64,000 nt of DNA from a virus (Duplodnaviria; Caudoviricetes), in IMG/VR virus record IMGVR_UViG_3300026116_000035, one strand, 5' to 3'. A model generated the notes under the pieces. The model saw nothing but the letters and a program-made list of their open reading frames with translations, did not search any database and was not told where the DNA came from. The position numbers and the translations under genes were made by a program. Positions 28,731 to 36,320 of the stretch are shown in pieces; the first letter of the stretch is position 1, and every line of letters begins with the position of its first letter.

Positions 28731-29896
28731 AACTTAGAAGAAGCGAAATATTAGACAACTTTGCTAAAATAGCCTTAGAAAAAGGATTAATCGATAATAA
28801 ATTAACATCAAAAGCCGAAGCTATGTCAAAAGAAGATAAATACAAAGATTCGGAATGGAAAAAAAATATCGAAGCTCTTTATGGTGTTAAATTAGATAAT
28901 GAAGATATTTTAGATAAAGCTCATCCTAAACCCGTAGTCACTCTCCCGGCGTATGATAATGTTAATGGTTTAGTCGAAAATCTAAAAGAACGTCATAATA
29001 TTATGGTCGGTATTGTTAATAAAATGCCTAATGGTGCTTATGTAGGTACTAAATATGCTTCAGCGTATGATGATTTATTAAAAGAATTAATCAAAATTGG
29101 CTACTCCATGGATAATAAAAATATACACGAATTAAGAGTTTTAGCCGATTCTTGTTCCGAACGATTTACTAAAACTGCTTTCGCTCCACTTGCTATTGCC
29201 GGAGGGATTGCTGCAGTTTTAGGTTTAATAGCCATAATTAATCACACCACTCCTAGCGATCAAGGTGTTATTAATAATTGCGAAAAAGCTATAGCTGAAA
29301 TAGAAGAAGTTAAACCCAAATTACCACAAATTTCTAAAAATGTTGACGCTCTTTTAAGTGATCTAAAAGCATTAGAAGATTTGGCCAAACAATATAATAA
29401 TTTAGGTGGAATTGACGCTTCCACTCCAGAAAAATTAATGGATGCAGCCAATAAAGAAAAATCTTCTTTTGATGTCGTTAAAAAATATAAAAGCGCTTGT
29501 TCTTTAATGTCAGAAAAAATTCCAAAGTATATCGATCTAATTTCTTCGTATCATACCCAAACTGAAAGAACTTGGGATTGGTGGCAGAAAATTAAAAATG
29601 TGACCGAATTATTAACCGGTACTGATCAAGAAGATGCAGTTTTAGCTCTTCAAACTTTAAAAAATTCTCTAGAAGATTCAGTTAAAGAAGCTAATAATTT
29701 TATGGATTTAGCTAGAAAACAAGAGCCAAGTTTAGTTGCTGCTCTCTCTAAATTAAATACCGAAGAACCAAATCAACATACTGAATCTAAATCAAATAAT
29801 AATTCACAACCAGCTAATCATCAAAAATTTAATCCAAATGATGATATCGATCCAGAAGAAATTTGGAAAGATAACGGAATTCAACCATTAACATGA
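28727..29896 (+). CDS. Probable ejection protein with one TM-like helix
   Basis: 389 aa. AHPK module, then TKTA immediately followed by FAPLAIAGGIAAVLGLIAII, then a helical bundle. Confidence 0.5.
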   Translation: MKLRRSEILDNFAKIALEKGLIDNKLTSKAEAMSKEDKYKDSEWKKNIEALYGVKLDNEDILDKAHPKPVVTLPAYDNVNGLVENLKERHNIMVGIVNKMPNGAYVGTKYASAYDDLLKELIKIGYSMDNKNIHELRVLADSCSERFTKTAFAPLAIAGGIAAVLGLIAIINHTTPSDQGVINNCEKAIAEIEEVKPKLPQISKNVDALLSDLKALEDLAKQYNNLGGIDASTPEKLMDAANKEKSSFDVVKKYKSACSLMSEKIPKYIDLISSYHTQTERTWDWWQKIKNVTELLTGTDQEDAVLALQTLKNSLEDSVKEANNFMDLARKQEPSLVAALSKLNTEEPNQHTESKSNNNSQPANHQKFNPNDDIDPEEIWKDNGIQPLT

Positions 29897-30345
29897 ATAT
29901 CGTTCCTAATACAAGTTTAGATGAAACTACTATTAATGATAATGTTCCAGCTTTAACTTTCGTAAAAGAACCTAATGTTCAATTAATCACTAGAGATATA
30001 CCAAAAAGCATGAATACCGTACCTAACGAAAATATAGAAAATATCCAAAATTATCTTAAAAATAATGAAGATGTTAACTATTTAATTAACGAAAATTATG
30101 ATGGTCCCATTGATGGCTTACTTAATGAAAAATTAATTAATATTGCTAAATCTCTTGAAAAGGCAATTTCTGAAACAATTAATAAAAATGTTAATGGAAT
30201 AATCTTAAAAACTACCGCTAATGATCTGAAATCTGCTCTTAAAAAAGTAGTCGCATTTAAAAAAAATAATCAAACAAAACAAGTTAAAATTAGCCAAGAT
30301 CAAAGAATTTATGAACTTGGTAAATTAAAAATGTCAAAAAAATAA
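29893..30345 (+). CDS. Hypothetical protein with PG-binding-like motif
   Basis: 150 aa. IQNYL...NYDGPIDGLL resembles the PG_binding_1 helix-loop (Y-x-G-x-I-D-G). Confidence 0.4.
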   Translation: MNIVPNTSLDETTINDNVPALTFVKEPNVQLITRDIPKSMNTVPNENIENIQNYLKNNEDVNYLINENYDGPIDGLLNEKLINIAKSLEKAISETINKNVNGIILKTTANDLKSALKKVVAFKKNNQTKQVKISQDQRIYELGKLKMSKK

Positions 30346-30441
30346 AATTTTCTATCATTAAATCAATATATTTTTAGATTTATGTAAGTTTAGAATAAGA
30401 AATACGTGCATTATATAATTTGCACATACAAGGAAATCAAA

Positions 30442-31107
30442 ATGGCTCTTAAAATTTTACAATCAGGTATGAATCCCCTCGGTCAGTTCGACTGCTTAGA
30501 CTCCGAACTCACCTCATTTAAAGGTGGCGAAGTTTGCACGTTAACCAGAGTAACCTATAAAGGTTCAGATGTTAATGCTGCTGACGTTAATGACGGTTAT
30601 TCAGGTTCTACTTCTAAAACCCGTCCTGCCGTAACTCTTACTCTCGTTTCCGGTACTCGTCCGTTATTCTTAGCTGATGACGGTACGACTGGTTACGGTA
30701 CGCTTTTTGGTCAGGTAGTTGGTTCTTCAGTTGGTCAATCAGTAACTGGTGGCGCTCAGTTAGGTCCGCACACTGCTGCTGGCTCTGGCAAAATGACGCT
30801 CTGGGATAAAGAAGGTCTTTATGGCGTAACGTTAGATGCTGTTGATACGACCGTTGCTACTGGCCTCGTTCCTACTAATACCAGCATTACCTGCGGAGAC
30901 CCCCTCTTCGCTACGACTGCCGGTAAATTAACCCCCAACACTGGTAACCGCTTTGAAGCTTATACCGTTGCTCGTTTTATTGAATTTGCAACGAATGGCA
31001 GCTTAGTTACGACTGGTGCTGGCGCTGTAGGTACTGGTGTTCTTGCTGCCCCAGGTGGTTTCTCAGCTTTCACTCAAGCTATTATCCACTTCCAGCTCGG
31101 CGTCTGA
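30442..31107 (+). CDS. Capsid decoration/cement protein (paralogue 3, adjacent to MCP)
   Basis: ATG 30442 has an AAGGA RBS (the track start 30406 is less likely). Gly/Thr-rich beta protein directly upstream of the MCP with the same high-expression codon bias. Confidence 0.65.
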   Translation: MALKILQSGMNPLGQFDCLDSELTSFKGGEVCTLTRVTYKGSDVNAADVNDGYSGSTSKTRPAVTLTLVSGTRPLFLADDGTTGYGTLFGQVVGSSVGQSVTGGAQLGPHTAAGSGKMTLWDKEGLYGVTLDAVDTTVATGLVPTNTSITCGDPLFATTAGKLTPNTGNRFEAYTVARFIEFATNGSLVTTGAGAVGTGVLAAPGGFSAFTQAIIHFQLGV

Positions 31108-31127
31108 TACTTAATTAACACAATCTT

Positions 31128-31155
31128 TGGGAGACTTTTTTATAAGAGTCTCCCA
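31128..31155 (+). promoter_or_regulatory. Stem-loop between the decoration and major capsid genes
   Basis: TGGGAGACTTT-loop-AAGAGTCTCCCA with only a weak downstream T-run. Could be a partial terminator or an mRNA processing/stability hairpin. Confidence 0.5.
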
Positions 31156-31210
31156 TCTTTAATAAACAAATTAATTATCTATAATTTCATAGATAATCAG
31201 GAGAAACAGA

Positions 31211-32221
31211 ATGAATATATTTAATAACAAAGGTGAGCTCAATGCTTCATCGCTCCAAGAAGCGATGCAGACGCTTGCTAAATTCGCTTCCGTTTTGGAA
31301 GAGAATGCCCCCTCAAATTTAGCTCTCTCAAGTCAGTCAGCTCTCTCAGTTAATGCTCGTGATGAGTTAATTGAGCGCGCTATTATGTCACATGAGGGTA
31401 AAATTGCTCTAGCTCAGGCTATGGCTAACCCCATTCGCAAAAACCTTGATTATCAAGGTATTGCCCGCAGAGCACTCGTTGTTGACCCGCTTCCGCAAGG
31501 TGCTTTACCGGTTTATGACCGTGATATTGATGTAACTGCTGTTGTAATTTCAAGCAACGGTTCAGGTCCCGAGAGCCGTGTATTCGGTGATCGCGTATCA
31601 GTTCCTACGTTTGAATTATTCTCAAATCCTACTGTTCGTATTTCTGAGGTTCGTCGTCGTCGTTTCAACGTCATCGACCGTGCTGTTCAGAAAGCTCGTC
31701 AGGAAATCATGGCTCAAGAAGATGCTAACGTCTTCGCTGCTCTTGATTCAGCCGGTGGTGTTGAAAACGTTGTTCAGGATATCGCCGATGGTGGTATGCT
31801 CAAACGCGACTTAGTTGAAATTAAGGTCCAGATTGATCGCTGGGACTTGGTTACTACGAAGTTCTTCATGAATATCTCTGAGTACACCGATATCCTTAAC
31901 TGGGCTTCTGGTGGTGGTCAGGGTCCCACGGGCGGTGAAATCGATCCCGTAACTCAGCGTGAAGTTCTCCAGACTGGTCTATTTGCTCATATCTGGGGTG
32001 CTGATCTAATGGTATCAAAGATTGTTCCGCCTGGTACGGTTTATGGTTGTGCTGATCCGGAATTCGTAGGCGTAATGCCCGTTCGCCAGGAGATTGAAGT
32101 ATATCCGGCTGACGAACCTAAGCAGTTAAAGCTCGGGTGGGTAATCAGCGAAGAAATAGGAATTTGTATTGCAAATTCGAGGGGTTGCGCTGTTGGTCGT
32201 AAGTCAACTGCTGTTGGCTGA
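31211..32221 (+). CDS. Major capsid protein (HK97 fold)
   Basis: 336 aa. LAQAMANPIRKNLDYQGIARRALVVDPLPQGALPVYDRD, VPTFELFSNP, FNVIDRAVQKARQEIMAQED. CAGGAG RBS, strongest codon bias in the window, and followed by a terminator. Confidence 0.9.
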   Translation: MNIFNNKGELNASSLQEAMQTLAKFASVLEENAPSNLALSSQSALSVNARDELIERAIMSHEGKIALAQAMANPIRKNLDYQGIARRALVVDPLPQGALPVYDRDIDVTAVVISSNGSGPESRVFGDRVSVPTFELFSNPTVRISEVRRRRFNVIDRAVQKARQEIMAQEDANVFAALDSAGGVENVVQDIADGGMLKRDLVEIKVQIDRWDLVTTKFFMNISEYTDILNWASGGGQGPTGGEIDPVTQREVLQTGLFAHIWGADLMVSKIVPPGTVYGCADPEFVGVMPVRQEIEVYPADEPKQLKLGWVISEEIGICIANSRGCAVGRKSTAVG

Positions 32222-32257
32222 AACTAATAATCTTTAATTAATACTTAAAGGTTTAAT

Positions 32258-32290
32258 AAAAGCTGTCATAGAAATATGGCAGCTTTTTTA
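32258..32290 (+). terminator. Intrinsic terminator after MCP
   Basis: AAAAGCTGTCATA-GAAA-TATGGCAGCTTTT followed by further Ts (GNRA loop). Confidence 0.85.
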
Positions 32291-32389
32291 TTTCTATTTA
32301 AACGGTAAATTTTATACTCTGAAAAGAAATATCGATGGATCCAAGTTTTACAATTCATATTTTTAAACCCTAATAGTAAAGGATAAAAT

Positions 32390-33577
32390 ATGGGCTCATT
32401 TGAAGATATTACAGGTCAGAGATTTGGAAAATTAATTGTTACGAAACGAATAGAAAATAGAGATAATAGACCTTATTTTTTGTGTACATGTGATTGCGGA
32501 AAGACAAAAGAGGTATCATCACAAAATTTAAAAAAAGGTTCTGTACAATCATGTGGTTGTTTTAGAAGAGAAGTTAAATTTGTTGATCTTACCGGTAAAG
32601 TTTTTAGTAGAATGACTGTTTTAAAAGAAAATGGTGTTCTTGGCGCAGGAAAAGATAAAAAAACGGCATATCTTTGTCGTTGTGCTTGTGGAGCAGAAAA
32701 AACTGTAAGAGGAGCGGATTTAGTTTCAAAGAAAATAGTTTCATGTGGATGCTGGAGAGATGAGAAAGCATTAGAAAATATAAAAGATGTTAAAAATACT
32801 TCAGAAGATGCTAGATTATCTAGTGCAATGGCCATGTATAATGCTAATTATAATGATGGAAATTTAACATTTGAACAATTTTTAGAAATGTCGAGCAAAG
32901 ATTGTTATTATTGTGGATTGCCTCCTTCAAACAATTGCAATAAATTCATTGGTCCTAATTATGCCAAAATTTCTATTGAAAATGGAAATTTTAATTATAA
33001 TGGATTAGACAGAGTAAATTCAAATTTACCACATAATTTTGAAAATTTGGTCACGAGCTGTATAGCTTGTAACGCGTCCAAATCTGATATGACAATTGAT
33101 GAATTTAAATTATTAATATATAATTCTTACAATCATATTATATCAAACACGAGTTATATTGGTGATAGTAATAAATATTTGAAATTATTAAATGAAGAAC
33201 ATATTAATAAAGAAGAATATAATAGAAAAAATCATCCAGCAATTACTAGTGCTAAAGGAATGTATAGAAATTATGATGATGGTGATTTAACATTTGAGCA
33301 ATTTTTAAAAATGACTCAGCATCATTGCGTATATTGTGGTTGTGCACCTAAAAATAAATATAACGCATTTAAAAATAGATCTGATGCTTCTACATATTCT
33401 ATCGAAAACGGAGATTTTATCTATAATGGTTTAGATAGAATAGATTCAAACTTACCTCATAATGTAGATAATTTAACTCCAGCTTGTTTGACTTGTAATT
33501 GGAGTAAGTCTAATAAATCAGTTGAAGAATATATAAATTGGGTAACAAGGGCATATAAACATTTATATTCAGAATAA
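32390..33577 (+). CDS. Free-standing HNH-type homing endonuclease with duplicated domains
   Basis: Two N-terminal D(I/L)TG..F..(L/M).V...YxCxCxCG...SCGC repeats, and two C-terminal C(Y/V)YCG...NGLDR..SNLPHN..NL...C..CN.SKS nuclease-like repeats. Confidence 0.8.
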   Translation: MGSFEDITGQRFGKLIVTKRIENRDNRPYFLCTCDCGKTKEVSSQNLKKGSVQSCGCFRREVKFVDLTGKVFSRMTVLKENGVLGAGKDKKTAYLCRCACGAEKTVRGADLVSKKIVSCGCWRDEKALENIKDVKNTSEDARLSSAMAMYNANYNDGNLTFEQFLEMSSKDCYYCGLPPSNNCNKFIGPNYAKISIENGNFNYNGLDRVNSNLPHNFENLVTSCIACNASKSDMTIDEFKLLIYNSYNHIISNTSYIGDSNKYLKLLNEEHINKEEYNRKNHPAITSAKGMYRNYDDGDLTFEQFLKMTQHHCVYCGCAPKNKYNAFKNRSDASTYSIENGDFIYNGLDRIDSNLPHNVDNLTPACLTCNWSKSNKSVEEYINWVTRAYKHLYSE

Positions 33578-33600
33578 AATAATACTTAAAATTTTTATTT

Positions 33601-33630
33601 AAAGCCACTGAGATATCGGTGGCTTTTTTA
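33601..33630 (+). terminator. Intrinsic terminator after the HNH gene
   Basis: AAAGCCACTGA-GATA-TCGGTGGCTTT followed by Ts. Confidence 0.85.
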
Positions 33631-33669
33631 TTTGGTGCATTAAAGTTCGGCATAATTTAGTATAAAAAT

Positions 33670-34479
33670 ATGACAATGAGTGATAAAAAGTTACCTTTTT
33701 CAGGAAATGCTACTCTTTTAGAAAAAATTGTAATAGATTTTAATAAATTAGTAGAAGCTGATGCCGCAGAAATTCCCAAAACCCGAGTATATAAAATAGC
33801 GTGTGAGAGTGAATCTCCGAAGGTAGAAAGATCTGCGAGAAAATCTGCGCTTGAAAGTATGCAAAATTCTGAAGGGTTTACAAAATTAGCTATTGATTCA
33901 CGACGTATAAATCAAACAATTGAGAGAAGTCCACGTCCCACAATTCAATATTTTTCTCGTTCTGAACCATATATTGATAATAGAGATCAAGAAACGATAA
34001 ATGTATTTTCTAAATTAATGGTACCTTTAATGGAAATAAAGGCGTCATTTGGAGAACAGCCGGAATATTTTGAGTCATATTCTAGGGTTTTACATGATCA
34101 AGTAGAGAGAATTTTGCGATTAAAAGTAGCTGATCAGGATATATTTAGACCACAATTAGCGTATTTAGAACAGTTAATATATGCCCGGTATCGTTTATCT
34201 ATGGAAGAAATATCAAGAATGGATAAGAGTAGTTTAAAGGCAAAATTATTAGATAAGGATGAGGCATTAATGAAGCGCGGAGCATTTATGCATATGACTG
34301 CTGCTCCTGAAGAAAATAAAAAAGTAGCAAATATACCGTTAAAAACTGGAGATCAAACGGGAAATACGCAAGAGGCTATAGTTAATGCGATATTTGGAAA
34401 TAATAATATTCGTAGAGAAGGTGAAAAAGTAGTAGAGCGCACCATTACAATTACAATAAAAGATGAAGTTAAAGATTGA
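33670..34479 (+). CDS. Hypothetical protein
   Basis: 269 aa with YKIAC, TKLAI and KKVAN motifs like those of the head-module proteins. Confidence 0.6.
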   Translation: MTMSDKKLPFSGNATLLEKIVIDFNKLVEADAAEIPKTRVYKIACESESPKVERSARKSALESMQNSEGFTKLAIDSRRINQTIERSPRPTIQYFSRSEPYIDNRDQETINVFSKLMVPLMEIKASFGEQPEYFESYSRVLHDQVERILRLKVADQDIFRPQLAYLEQLIYARYRLSMEEISRMDKSSLKAKLLDKDEALMKRGAFMHMTAAPEENKKVANIPLKTGDQTGNTQEAIVNAIFGNNNIRREGEKVVERTITITIKDEVKD

Positions 34480-34513
34480 TATATAATAAATATATATTGA
34501 ATTGAGGTAAAGA

Positions 34514-35131
34514 ATGGGCGGAGCTGTTGGTTATGATTTATGGTTTCCAAAGACGTGCGATACAAAATTTGTTGTGCGGAATATTGCCCGTGGAAATAAA
34601 ACGGTAAGAGTTTGGAATTATCCTATATTAAATGGAAAAACTCGTGATTTAATGACTATTCCGGCTATAAGTGAAGCTGATATTAGAAATGGTTTATTAA
34701 AGGGTGAATTAGGAATTAAATTTAAAACTAGAGAATTAGTGGTAGTGGAAAGTAATATAGATTTAATTCAATTTGATCCATGTCAGAAGGAATTTTTAGA
34801 ATCTATTGGAATAACGGTTGGATTATCAGCTGGAGGTGATGGAAGTTTGCCTGTAAATTTCAAACAAAACATTTCATTAATTGGGGCTAGAGATGGAAAT
34901 AATAGAATTTTTAAAGTTCCCAGTCCTGATAAATTTATAAATGGAATATTTCAGAACAATGAATTTCGTATTTTAGTTAGACATAATGGTAAAGGTTTAG
35001 AAGAAAATATAGATTACATTGTAGCGGAGAGTGGTGGAAGTGGAACGGGTTATGACACAATAATATTAACAAATATGTCTCCACCACCTAGAAGTAGATT
35101 ATTATGTGATTATGTAGTTCAAATTGGATAA
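34514..35131 (+). CDS. Putative virion structural protein
   Basis: 205 aa, GAGG RBS. The N-terminal half resembles ORF 52965. The C-terminal half is a beta-rich domain (GARDGNNRIF...NGKGL...DY). Confidence 0.5.
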   Translation: MGGAVGYDLWFPKTCDTKFVVRNIARGNKTVRVWNYPILNGKTRDLMTIPAISEADIRNGLLKGELGIKFKTRELVVVESNIDLIQFDPCQKEFLESIGITVGLSAGGDGSLPVNFKQNISLIGARDGNNRIFKVPSPDKFINGIFQNNEFRILVRHNGKGLEENIDYIVAESGGSGTGYDTIILTNMSPPPRSRLLCDYVVQIG

Positions 35132-35134
35132 ATA

Positions 35135-36253
35135 ATGGCAGTAATAGATAATAGATTAGATCCGGCATTAGATATAGCGGGTTCATTAAATCAACAAGAA
35201 AATTTAGTAAAAAATGAAGAGCCGTTACAATATGGCTCTAGAATTCCTGGTCAAATAGGATTTACTGCATCAATAATAAATTCAGGAGTGGTAACAATTT
35301 CTGGATTAAGTGGGATGACTGATCAAAGTGTTGGAAGATTTTTGACATTATTTGGAGCGACTAATTCAAATAATAATGGAACTTTTTTAATTACATTATT
35401 TAATAGTCCAACTAGTGTAGATATAAAAAATGATAATGCTGTAAATGATTTAAATAATGGTCATATAAATTGGATAGAGAGAAAGTCATATTCATTAGAG
35501 GATGATTTAAATTATATTAGGACAGATAGAGCTGATATTAAAGGTGTTGGATATTCGGCAGATGTACCTACTTATTTTAGATGTGATGATTCTGTTACTC
35601 CTATACCGGCAAATTTAGCTAATATTGCGGGACATACTACAGATGCTAAGTCATTAGTTAATAGTAGAAAATATGAAAGAGCAATGCCTATAACTGGGCA
35701 AAGTTATATACGATTAGCAGGGACATTGGGAGAATTTCCTTATGCAAATTTGGTTAATAGATTAGGTATACCAATTCATGATGGATTTGATTCGAGTAAT
35801 GATTATGCGTGTTATTGTGATATTATAAGTCAAGATACTGGAGCTGGGTTTAATGTTTTATCTGGATCGCATAGTGGGGAAAAAATATTTGGATTTTCTA
35901 GGAAAGGAAGTACGGGGGTAGATGGAACAAGTTTTGAAGTTGAATTAAGATCGATGAAGGATGGATATTCATTTAGTCAATCTTCAATATATTTATGGGA
36001 ACCTACGCAACCTAATGTAGTTGATGTATATTTTCCTTATAGAGAATGTTTTGCAGATATGGATGAATCTGCATTAAGATTTACTGTAGTACATGGAGTA
36101 ACGGCTGGAGGTATATCAGTTAAGCCTACAGCGATTGGACAAATTTTATATTCAGTTGAAAGTGATAATTTAATATTTACAGTAGAGCAACCAATTGTTA
36201 ATGATGAAAGTTTAATAATGGTAAATGATGATGATGTTATATTGGTAATGTAG
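35135..36253 (+). CDS. Putative tail/virion structural protein
   Basis: 372 aa, beta-rich (VTISGLSGMT...GRFLT...NGTFLI), directly upstream of the fibre genes. Contains a DGY motif. Confidence 0.5.
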   Translation: MAVIDNRLDPALDIAGSLNQQENLVKNEEPLQYGSRIPGQIGFTASIINSGVVTISGLSGMTDQSVGRFLTLFGATNSNNNGTFLITLFNSPTSVDIKNDNAVNDLNNGHINWIERKSYSLEDDLNYIRTDRADIKGVGYSADVPTYFRCDDSVTPIPANLANIAGHTTDAKSLVNSRKYERAMPITGQSYIRLAGTLGEFPYANLVNRLGIPIHDGFDSSNDYACYCDIISQDTGAGFNVLSGSHSGEKIFGFSRKGSTGVDGTSFEVELRSMKDGYSFSQSSIYLWEPTQPNVVDVYFPYRECFADMDESALRFTVVHGVTAGGISVKPTAIGQILYSVESDNLIFTVEQPIVNDESLIMVNDDDVILVM

Positions 36254-36320
36254 TTTTTAATATAAATATCAATATTATAGCATTATTCTGAACTGCTAAA
36301 AATTATATCTTTGGAGCACA

